Of a stretch of 64,000 nt of DNA, positions 57,101 to 64,000 are shown one piece after another; within the stretch, counting starts at the first letter, position 1, and the number at the start of each line of letters is the position of its first letter. This stretch comes from a virus, in the IMG/VR virus record IMGVR_UViG_3300035698_018280, positions 99,888 to 163,887 of that record. One strand, written 5' to 3'. The notes beneath the pieces were generated by a model that did not search any database, had not been told where the DNA came from, and worked only from the letters and a program-made list of their open reading frames with translations. Position numbers and translations under genes: made by a program.

Positions 57101-59982
57101 TCATCTTTGTCATCATCTTTATCTTTATCTTTATCTTTATCTTTATCGTCAGAATCGTCATCAGATTTACCGAATGGCTTGGCCTTGTTGTCTCCAAAGT
57201 TACCAATATTAGCTGCTTTGAAGTTGGAAATTTCTTTTTCAGTAGCGGCCTCTGTGTCCTTTAGAACCGCTTCGAATGTTCCTTGCTCAGGATCAATTTC
57301 AATAGAATAAAGAATCGCATCGCTATCTACATGAGTCTGTGCGAAAGTAAAAATCTTCTTAGTGATCTCAGCATGACTAGCTTCCTTCGTAGTTCCGGCC
57401 TCTTCAAGAGAACCGCAAACCTTTGTAAGAGCTTCATCGCTGAGGAACTTGTTTAGTGCATTTGAGAAATCGTCATTAACGTTTTCTTGCGATGCTGTCT
57501 TTGTCTCAGATTGCTTGATTGCCAAACGAGCACTTCGCTCAGCCCTGGCGAAGGCAGTCTTGTCAGAAACGATACGACGAACCGTATCAAGAAGCTTATC
57601 TGCATTCAAATCTGTTATGTTATCAGCCATAGACGAAAGAAGGCCATCAATCTTATCGAAACCGCTAGCTCTTCGCTCAGCAACTCGTTCGAAGTAATTA
57701 CGACGCGCTCTTTCTGCTGATCTAGCCTCGATCTTACGAGGAGCAGCATTAATAAGAGTTAGACGAGCAGCCTTCATTTGAGAATGAGGATTCGCAGAGA
57801 TGGCGTTTACTGCGTTAGAAACATCTACTGGCGATAGTCCATAATTAGAGATCGCATTAGAAACAGAAGAGGTTGCTGCCTTAATGAGGGACATAGCATC
57901 ATCTTGCGATGCGCCCTTCCAACGAGCAGTCTGATCGCCATGCGGCATAGTTGCTCCTTGCTCATCAAGCTGTCCCTGCGTAACAACGCCAGGATATTCC
58001 CAACGGTGGTTGTCTCTTAAATTAAGCAATTGAGCCTGTCCAATCTCCTCTGTCCAGTCATCTGGTAGGACAGCATCAACTGTTCGACTCATTTCATCCC
58101 ATTGCTTCTCGGTAATAACTTCTGGGAAGCTCTTCCAACGAGCAAGATAACCATTGTTAATCTCATCAAGCTGGGCTTGAGTAATAACATCATAGGAACC
58201 GCTTCGAGTCTGCGGGCTATCAGTCGTTACATCATTATGACGGTCTGAGCCGCCAAGTTGTTCATTGCCTTCGGTGACTGTTTCATAAAAACCGCCATCC
58301 CAACGCTTTGTATATTCAGGAAGGGTAGCTTTGTCAAGCTGCTTCTGAGTAATGACTTCGTTTTGATCTTCAGAAACGCCTGTACCTGCAGCCGTTTTCT
58401 GACTCTCATTCTTATTACTGTTACTACCATCTGTTTTCATGGCAAGAATCCTCCGAGCAGCTTCAGCAGGCTGTTCCGCAATTAAAGTTCTCAATTCATT
58501 GTCCAAAGCCTCAACAGCAACCATTCTTACTAGTTGATCGCCTTTGAATTCCGCGACGTGCGATTCACCATTCTCGTTTTGAGCAATGATAATTTTACTA
58601 TCGCCATTTTGAGCCGAATAAGTTTCGTCTGACTTGAACACGGATTCTCTCCTGGAAGCTAAATGTTGACGATCGGTGTCTACGCCGCTATGTAATCGGC
58701 ATAGATCTTCCTTCATTTTCTCTGCAACCTTTAGAAATTCCTTCTCAGAATTTGAAAAAGTCGGCTTTGTTACTGTTGCAATGCCATCTCCTGCAGGAGA
58801 AGTTGATATGCCGCTAGGCATTCCGCCTCCCATTTGCTGCTGTCCACCCTGCATTGCGTTTGGATCTGAAACCTGTTCTGCTCCGCCTTCTGTAGGGGAA
58901 GCTTGAGCATCGTTTCCGAAAATTACTTCTGCATCTGGCGGCGATTGGAGTTGAGCGTATCCCATCTCAACAAGTTCATCGGTTGTTCCCTGAAGGGAGG
59001 CCATTTGTTCAACAATATCAGAAACGTACTCCATCGATACCATTTGTTTTTGAGCCATCATTGATCGAGTAACGCCTTCCATGAGGGTCATAGCCTCATT
59101 TAGAGCGTTTACTTCTTTCAAACCTGAACTCTTCTCAATCTTCCCGCTAGAAATGGCATCAGTAATAACTGAAGCTGCCTTACGAAGTTTTTCTATACTT
59201 TCGCTTGATGTTTTCTCAATAGCAGGTACATTTAAAACTTCGCATACAAGACAATTATGACAAGCAGGGTTTACTACAAAGCTATCTTCAATAAATTTGA
59301 TATCATAGTTCCACTCGAATGTCTGCGCCTCTTTATGCTCAATATCATTAGACTCGCCCTGCTTGCATCTACAAACGGGACAATTTTCGCTAGGAGTGCC
59401 AGAACTCTTATGAAAATTGCACTTATGAGAGCCGCTAAACTTCTTTCCCTTACGTTCTTTGATATGACTGCAGAACTCGTCAGCTACCGAAGCCTTGTTA
59501 TGACAGACCGAACAAACCGAGTAGCCGACCTGAGCGCCCATCGAAGTTCCAATGATATAACCTTCTTCAATACCTCTGGCTAATTGAGGATATGCATCTC
59601 TATCAACCATATTGATAACATAGATACCCTGCTCGTCATCGTCCCACCATGAATGAGCGACCTTGCCTCTAGCTTTTTCAATATCATCATTCTGATGATT
59701 TACGAAAACAGGAACGCCAATAAACGTTTCAGCAGCCTTTTTTAGTTCTTTAGCAGAAAAGGCATCGCCGTTATCATTAACTTCAGCAGCCTTGATAGCG
59801 AATGCCTTAACAAACAAATGATCCGGATGCTCATCAACTGCCGCTTCAAGATCGAAGCCGCCTAAATCAGTATCGATACTTTTATTAAGTCCTGCAGTTT
59901 TAAGATACTGCCATCCACCGTCCTTGGGGACGTGCAAGACTTCGGCCCTCATAGAACCAGATGCTCTTTTTGTAAAAGCCAT
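54127..59982 (-). CDS. Prohead protease fused to a giant scaffold-like region
   Basis: N-terminal NDNGDAF, FIGVPVFVNH, GTSMG, CSVC..FCSHI, FIEDSFVVNPA; then repeats, Zn ribbons, acidic low-complexity tracts and a helical C-terminus. Confidence 0.82.
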   Translation of the reverse strand: MAFTKRASGSMRAEVLHVPKDGGWQYLKTAGLNKSIDTDLGGFDLEAAVDEHPDHLFVKAFAIKAAEVNDNGDAFSAKELKKAAETFIGVPVFVNHQNDDIEKARGKVAHSWWDDDEQGIYVINMVDRDAYPQLARGIEEGYIIGTSMGAQVGYSVCSVCHNKASVADEFCSHIKERKGKKFSGSHKCNFHKSSGTPSENCPVCRCKQGESNDIEHKEAQTFEWNYDIKFIEDSFVVNPACHNCLVCEVLNVPAIEKTSSESIEKLRKAASVITDAISSGKIEKSSGLKEVNALNEAMTLMEGVTRSMMAQKQMVSMEYVSDIVEQMASLQGTTDELVEMGYAQLQSPPDAEVIFGNDAQASPTEGGAEQVSDPNAMQGGQQQMGGGMPSGISTSPAGDGIATVTKPTFSNSEKEFLKVAEKMKEDLCRLHSGVDTDRQHLASRRESVFKSDETYSAQNGDSKIIIAQNENGESHVAEFKGDQLVRMVAVEALDNELRTLIAEQPAEAARRILAMKTDGSNSNKNESQKTAAGTGVSEDQNEVITQKQLDKATLPEYTKRWDGGFYETVTEGNEQLGGSDRHNDVTTDSPQTRSGSYDVITQAQLDEINNGYLARWKSFPEVITEKQWDEMSRTVDAVLPDDWTEEIGQAQLLNLRDNHRWEYPGVVTQGQLDEQGATMPHGDQTARWKGASQDDAMSLIKAATSSVSNAISNYGLSPVDVSNAVNAISANPHSQMKAARLTLINAAPRKIEARSAERARRNYFERVAERRASGFDKIDGLLSSMADNITDLNADKLLDTVRRIVSDKTAFARAERSARLAIKQSETKTASQENVNDDFSNALNKFLSDEALTKVCGSLEEAGTTKEASHAEITKKIFTFAQTHVDSDAILYSIEIDPEQGTFEAVLKDTEAATEKEISNFKAANIGNFGDNKAKPFGKSDDDSDDKDKDKDKDKDDDKDDDKDTDAILHSEEKEARSSNRQQMIREAQMMGGQMPTDLGDGGGGGASLPPAPGMDAGPVQSFDDGGPGDGMDGGFDEDLLPKPPGSHCPVCTSDDVDVVSGKAKCSNCGSEFLIKVALEVTKWSGLNDDQGGEDMGPMGMDDEMLGGEAGEEGEGFALPEGEGLEESVPVAAETRLTEFALKKMSEANIQLGSVSPYSGGTDTRYVGKTNDGASEFLCHDSGQRYLVRSAQNDKKAVFARWEWAPRFSEPCPSCSRVRKLFAKSLDNNGLDLNKFMALSRKDRGKLILAMNDNGLFKRVKTASKSASVTEAFKEIYAFGPGDKFPTESCREKLARRFGDDAIALSGPCHGSNLADCVCNSLKNAGVYSNNLAIKVAGLWAERDGCIDCLEDHIRAGFSAEDSSLVCEGMKQIFAQAVDLFSDELDVGAEDGNDPFGGDDGGLDTGLDDGFDDDGSIFDEDISPFDDSAGEAGFVSVELPIDVLEQVSQALDVAIGDEMGLEGDPMAGDDMGLGDDGGEVEIELGGDLGGELGDELGDAAGDVLDTAVDAVDDIGGEINIDDDSDAGDETEHNHDKHREHKKHDAPIFAESQENKKENASQNSNTVEADSEEELIMREASDLGNNLKRGRITPTGKISLDLDGMFSTLSKEAQSNLVQKNVQDDSDIQPTSDTAKSQMGHEEKLALEDPDVPCAGTGATIGKESIDVPNGGGEMGHESDQGYTAEKGDQHTGGEDGAGSSKATANAHQSITTSDMVDNLVESIVRTAEEKKLAPPAPHEDDEDIKPVQDNKDHPDTPEGSTITPRDGEDGPDVPEQGNASFMGHEEESIGDVPKSPEHHPEFPAGGGQNPKYDKNERFAPEKQEKDKGTVIASGDEESLVARKKAAQTLAGKMLQAGLIQAEDLFVKSSELERYQVEQISDLEKSIFSEATRKGLNTVAQGAQTPLVINASSNERDPATELQSQLQQMFSLDQRNRLADDSEDAQLRKHRH
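57091..57147. repeat. Tandem repeat (ATCTTTGTCATC)x2 + (ATCTTT)x5 encoding DKDKDK...DDDK
   Basis: Read directly; in-frame units within the protease/scaffold gene. Confidence 0.9.
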
Positions 59983-60020
59983 AGATATTACTCCGCGCGC
60001 ACAAACGCTGTTATTACAAG

Positions 60021-60045
60021 TTTACTATAAATACCTGAAAATCCT
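60021..60045 (-). promoter_or_regulatory. AGG-N16-AGTAAA promoter-like motif upstream of the protease/scaffold gene
   Basis: Minus strand GAAGG-ATTTTCAGGTATTTAT-AGTAAA. Confidence 0.5.
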
Positions 60046-60055
60046 TCTTTTTTTA

Positions 60056-61789
60056 TCAATTGATACGACGAAGCATGCTTCTAAGAGCGTCTGATGATGT
60101 TCTATCAAAATTACCAACACCTTGTTGAGGCTGATTTGTTATCGGCGCAGGCGGTTGCAAAGCTACAGGAGGAAGCTGTACTTGCGGTTCCGCTTTTTGA
60201 GGTTGAGTCATTTGACCAGAAGGCATTTGAGATGATTGTTGTAATGCAAGCTCTGCTTGTCTCATTGATTCTGCTGTAGAACTTAGAACAGAACTATTGC
60301 CAGGAACATTGGAATCGACATAGTTGCCCATAACATATTCAACAGCTTCTTGAGGAGTGCTGAATGTTCGGCTTCTATCGCTCTTTCCTTGAACCCTTGT
60401 CCAAGGATTCATCTTATCCTGCATGTTGGGTCTAATTTCATTTGCTAAAACAGTCCATTGAACATCTCTTGTTACATCAACTGTATCTGTTTCTGAAAGT
60501 TCTTCGCCAGGAGAAGTTAAGTGAGTGGCAAATCCAGGCAAGCTAGTTGTCATTCCTTCACCCTGGTTATTGGGATTTGAGAAGACAGGCCCTATCATAA
60601 TAATCTTAAAGCCTTCATACGGAGCGTGCATGCTTCCTCCATACTTGTCGTCATGAGACTGGTCAGCATGGTCTCTTAGGGATCTAAGTGCCTGAAAACC
60701 TATAGGACCGTCAGTGGTTTCGAGATGCTGTTGCAACTCATCGGTCATTCGCCACTGACCCTCTCGAATGCTATCAACTGGTTCGCCTTTTTGAGGCTTA
60801 ACAAGAAATGGCTGCCCAATTTGAGCAGGATTGACAATACTTGTTACCTGTTGTTCGCTAAGATAAATATTTTCGTCAGTGGTAACATTTGTAGCATAGA
60901 TACCGCCTTCAGTATCAAAGTCTAATCTGTAAGCAGTTTCGTTTGCAACCGCATTATTATAGATTTCAAGACGACGTTGCTGTTCTTCGACCATCTGCGG
61001 ATTATTTCTATCAGAACGACGAAGATTAATTCTACGAGCAGACTCTATTCTTCCTTGCGGTCCTTCTGGCATAGAAACTAAAGAAGCGCCCATTCGTAAG
61101 TTGTCTACAAAAAACTTCTCCATATTAGAAGAAGCTTGTCCTCTAAGAACAGGCTCCATACCTTGCTCTGCATCCAAAAATAAGCCATATCCATTTGCGG
61201 TCTGACTAATAGCGAGATTTCCCCAAGGCATTTTTAGCTGATCTGCTTTTCCTCGCTGTCCCTTCGATCGAATAGGAACGATCGATTCGGGACTCATCTT
61301 GCCAGCGTCGGTAATTTGACCAGGGAATAACTCATTATAAGCATGGGCATTATAAGAAATCCAAAAAGGCGTACCGATTGATTTGTCTGTACCGTTAGGA
61401 ATCATACGAACATGATTGTTTTGAACAAATTCAACTGTATCCGCCAACTCTGGCGGTAGCGATTCTGTAACATGAGATGCAGCGATGGAATCTTGAGCAT
61501 AAATAGCAAAGATCATTCCTCGAAACTTCGTAAGAACTTCATTGGTTTTAGGATTCATACGAAACTGCGAAAAGTTTTCTTTGAATCCAGACATCATGTT
61601 TTCTATAGTGCCAGCAGCTTCAGGAGGAAGACTACCTTCGCCCTGAAATTGTCCGGGAGTAAAACGATGCCAGCGAAGACCTTCTCGGCTACCGTAATCA
61701 ACCTCACCGGGATTGAGAGCCATGTCCGCTGATCTCATTAGGCCAGCGTTTTTACTAAGTCTTTGTATTAGTTGTTTCATTTCTCTCAT
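60056..61789 (-). CDS. Hypothetical protein (possible internal head protein)
   Basis: 577 aa between portal and protease; Q/P-rich C-terminus. Confidence 0.78.
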   Translation of the reverse strand: MREMKQLIQRLSKNAGLMRSADMALNPGEVDYGSREGLRWHRFTPGQFQGEGSLPPEAAGTIENMMSGFKENFSQFRMNPKTNEVLTKFRGMIFAIYAQDSIAASHVTESLPPELADTVEFVQNNHVRMIPNGTDKSIGTPFWISYNAHAYNELFPGQITDAGKMSPESIVPIRSKGQRGKADQLKMPWGNLAISQTANGYGLFLDAEQGMEPVLRGQASSNMEKFFVDNLRMGASLVSMPEGPQGRIESARRINLRRSDRNNPQMVEEQQRRLEIYNNAVANETAYRLDFDTEGGIYATNVTTDENIYLSEQQVTSIVNPAQIGQPFLVKPQKGEPVDSIREGQWRMTDELQQHLETTDGPIGFQALRSLRDHADQSHDDKYGGSMHAPYEGFKIIMIGPVFSNPNNQGEGMTTSLPGFATHLTSPGEELSETDTVDVTRDVQWTVLANEIRPNMQDKMNPWTRVQGKSDRSRTFSTPQEAVEYVMGNYVDSNVPGNSSVLSSTAESMRQAELALQQSSQMPSGQMTQPQKAEPQVQLPPVALQPPAPITNQPQQGVGNFDRTSSDALRSMLRRIN

Positions 61790-61791
61790 AA

Positions 61792-62235
61792 TTATGCCTT
61801 AACGTGCTTTGGAATATCAACATTTACTAATTGCTCTTTGGTATACTGTTGCTGCCCTTTGGGGAAAATTATTGCCCACTTATCATTAGCATGAGCCAAC
61901 GCAGCTTTCATATTCGGAAAATACTCGCCATAGGGACTGTAAGATTTCTTTTTACCGCGCTCTACTTCGGGCGGTAACTTCTTTACCCCTGCAAAAAACA
62001 TCTTACCAACATCTTTTTGTATAGAAGGACCAACAACGACATAGTAATCAGAGTTAGTTGTTACATCATGTCCTTCCCAACGGTAATAAGCGCCAGGACC
62101 AACCTGCTGATCAAATCTCTTCTTCAAAGGAGCAGAACGCTCTTCATATCTTTCTTCCCACTTGATACCTCTCTCCTTGATAGGAGTTCTTCCGCCATGA
62201 CGTGCGACTTTGGTTAGATCAAAAATGCGTTCCAT
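61792..62235 (-). CDS. Basic hypothetical protein in the head module
   Basis: 147-aa ORF abutting the portal stop. Confidence 0.78.
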   Translation of the reverse strand: MERIFDLTKVARHGGRTPIKERGIKWEERYEERSAPLKKRFDQQVGPGAYYRWEGHDVTTNSDYYVVVGPSIQKDVGKMFFAGVKKLPPEVERGKKKSYSPYGEYFPNMKAALAHANDKWAIIFPKGQQQYTKEQLVNVDIPKHVKA

Positions 62236-64000
62236 TTAGCCCTCTTTGATATTATCAACTATTTTGGGAATAGAGATAGATGTAAATCCGTTTGCAATAT
62301 CGTTTGCTGATGTTTCGTTACAATCGTATACAATTTTTGTCTTGACATTTCCTTGAACCGAAGCTGTCTTCATTTTTTTAGAATGCTTAACGATGTCTTG
62401 AATATTCTGAATCAAAACGCTTTCAACCTGATCAATGTTTTCATTCAATGCCGATTCAGAGAATCTAAGAACAGACCATCCCATATGAGCAAGGGTCATA
62501 TCTCGTTCTTGGTCACTTTTCTTATCCTCATCCTCAGAATGCCATTTTTCTCCATCTGCTTCAATATCTAAACGAAGTTCTGGAATAGCAAAATCCATAA
62601 CATACGGTTGCTGAGATCCTGGTTTGAACTGCTTAAATTGAGCATAAGTGGGATACGGAAGCCTCATAGACTTTATCATTCTCCACAATTTAGCTTCTGG
62701 GCCAGTTAATTGAACCGTTACAGATTGCATAGCTGCCATCTCTTTATCAGATGGTCCTTCCGCAGCCTTCGGAGCCTTGCCCTTCTTATAAACTTTGCCA
62801 GGAGCCTCTGGTTCTGCTCCTGCTGCCGCTCCCATACCGCCGCCCATCGGTGCTCCGCCTGGCATAGCTGCCCCAGGAGGGGCTCCCATTCCGCCTCCCA
62901 TTGGGTCTGCTCCCCCCATGCCTCCGCCCATCGGATCACCCATACCACCAGCGGCTCCTCCGCCAGGCGCACCCATGCCGCCCATACCTCCAGGTGCTCC
63001 GCCCATGCCGCCAGCCATTGGGTCGCCGCCGCCCATCAACTGTCCATCCTGCATAGCCATAGCTTGTTCTTCTCTAATTCTTTCTATCTCTTGGTCATAG
63101 TTAAGATCAAACTGCTCAAGCAAAGTACGATCAGAAATTTTTCCGTTCTGATTCAACTGAATATACATCTGCTGCAAGTTCGTATTGTCTCGCAGTCGCA
63201 TATCCTCCCATTTCAGTCGAGGATACAGATATACAACTTCTCCGCTTTCTTTTGTCTCAGATTCATCTATAAAGCCCTGCATTTGAGCAATAGGCAAAAA
63301 GATTCTCTTCTCAACCCATTCCTTTAGCTCGCTACGCCAGGTTTCAAGACGAACAATAAGCGACTCAGCGCCAATCTGGCCGCTGGCATAGCTTGTACCT
63401 TCACCATTCAAAAGCGCCTGGTTGAGCATAAGGCCGTCAAGGATTTCCTTGCCGATATACTCAAGTTCAGCATTGATGTTATGGATTTTACCAGTATTCC
63501 CTTGAACAGTAATGCGACCGTTACGGCGGGTTATGATCCACTTGTTAGGAACTTTTACGCAATAAACTTTACCATTATATTCTCCGCGAGAAATATGTTG
63601 TTTGCGAACTTCAAACGGAGTTTCTTTGCTATGCTCTGACCAATAAATTCTATAAAGGTCTCTGCATCTGTCATTCTTCGCTTTTTCAATCGAAGTCGAA
63701 GAGAAATAGCCAAGCTTCAACGCTAATTCTGAAAAAGCATCAGACAAACTATTCGAAGTTGTTGTGTATTTGTATCTAGGATGCAAAGTATCTTGTCTAA
63801 CATAACCGTCGCCAGCCATCATTGCATTATAAACAATCTGCAATTTATTTTTAGGTAAATCCCTAATCCATCTAGGAATCTTTTTCTCATTAGACCTTGA
63901 TCCAAATTCTTCTGCCAAATATCGAGCTATTTTAACATTATTAATTGTAAAATTACAGAATGTATCATTATATCTGTTGTCTTCTGTTTCTGAAAAATTA
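62236..64000 (-). CDS. Portal protein (partial, 5' end outside window) with intein and C-terminal DUF559-like endonuclease domain
   Basis: Frame open to the window edge. Extein KEILDGLML..LLNGEGTSYASGQIG..RLETWR..EWVEKRIF..PRLKW is portal-like; then a G/M/P-rich linker; then PEAKLW...MDFAIPELRLDIEADG..WH...DQERD..L..MGWSVLRF. Confidence 0.8.
   Translation of the reverse strand, partial: NFSETEDNRYNDTFCNFTINNVKIARYLAEEFGSRSNEKKIPRWIRDLPKNKLQIVYNAMMAGDGYVRQDTLHPRYKYTTTSNSLSDAFSELALKLGYFSSTSIEKAKNDRCRDLYRIYWSEHSKETPFEVRKQHISRGEYNGKVYCVKVPNKWIITRRNGRITVQGNTGKIHNINAELEYIGKEILDGLMLNQALLNGEGTSYASGQIGAESLIVRLETWRSELKEWVEKRIFLPIAQMQGFIDESETKESGEVVYLYPRLKWEDMRLRDNTNLQQMYIQLNQNGKISDRTLLEQFDLNYDQEIERIREEQAMAMQDGQLMGGGDPMAGGMGGAPGGMGGMGAPGGGAAGGMGDPMGGGMGGADPMGGGMGAPPGAAMPGGAPMGGGMGAAAGAEPEAPGKVYKKGKAPKAAEGPSDKEMAAMQSVTVQLTGPEAKLWRMIKSMRLPYPTYAQFKQFKPGSQQPYVMDFAIPELRLDIEADGEKWHSEDEDKKSDQERDMTLAHMGWSVLRFSESALNENIDQVESVLIQNIQDIVKHSKKMKTASVQGNVKTKIVYDCNETSANDIANGFTSISIPKIVDNIKEG
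63496..64000 (-). mobile_element. Intein with LAGLIDADG homing endonuclease (C-terminal part)
   Basis: KKIP, AMMAGDGY (block E), TTSNSLSDAFSELALKLGY (block H), YNGKVYCVKVP (block F), ITVQGN followed by Thr +1 (block G). Confidence 0.92.

Larger units (their letters stand above)
1..64000 (-). mobile_element. Head-neck-tail morphogenesis module of a large tailed phage
   Basis: Co-directional, densely packed genes in the canonical order portal, protease/scaffold, decoration, capsid, neck, tube, chaperones, tape measure, tail tip. No host housekeeping genes or integration marks in the window. Confidence 0.95.

Noticed and set aside
57091-57147. Phase-variable simple sequence repeat
   Set aside because: Units are 6 and 12 bp, so slippage keeps the frame and only changes the length of a D/K linker.
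52-63327. Many plus-strand and alternate-frame ORFs in the track (e.g. 25008-25823, 52770-53360, 62710-63327)
   Set aside because: They lie inside long minus-strand genes, mirror their low-complexity codon patterns and show no recognisable motifs; treated as shadow ORFs.
1-64000. Stop-codon reassignment as seen in some large phages
   Set aside because: Genes up to 2633 aa are intact under the standard code, and TAA, TAG and TGA all end genes at tight junctions.
1-64000. tRNA or structured ncRNA genes
   Set aside because: Intergenic gaps are short (under about 180 bp) and I saw no cloverleaf or riboswitch-like pattern; a covariance-model search would be needed to exclude them fully.

Overview
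The whole window is the virion-morphogenesis region of a large tailed dsDNA phage (Caudoviricetes), almost certainly bacterial: it has GGAG-type ribosome-binding sites, hairpin plus U-tract terminators and sigma-like promoter motifs. All credible genes are on the minus strand, so transcription runs right to left. The order is: portal (5'-truncated, with a LAGLIDADG intein and a C-terminal DUF559-like nuclease); two unknown proteins; a 1951-aa prohead protease/scaffold; a decoration protein; an HK97-fold major capsid protein; an accessory block (GT4 and GT9-like glycosyltransferases, subtilisin-like protease, fibre, LamG protein, 2H phosphoesterase, PhoH, DNA methyltransferase, volactin-like actin with small neighbours); neck proteins; a tail tube and a diverged paralog; tail chaperones with a -1 frameshift; a tape measure; and about 23 kb of very large tail-tip proteins (the last one 3'-truncated). 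I found no sheath, tRNA, CRISPR array or reverse transcriptase. The strongest candidates for an undescribed system are (i) a volactin-family actin cassette among head/neck genes, (ii) four glycosyltransferases dispersed among virion genes, one sharing a small N-terminal domain with a protein encoded near the actin, (iii) a K/R-x-A/S tag on head-module proteins, including a possible virion-borne Acb1-like enzyme, and (iv) two recurring promoter-like motifs, one positioned for leaderless mRNAs. All family calls come from recognising motifs by eye; no searches were run.
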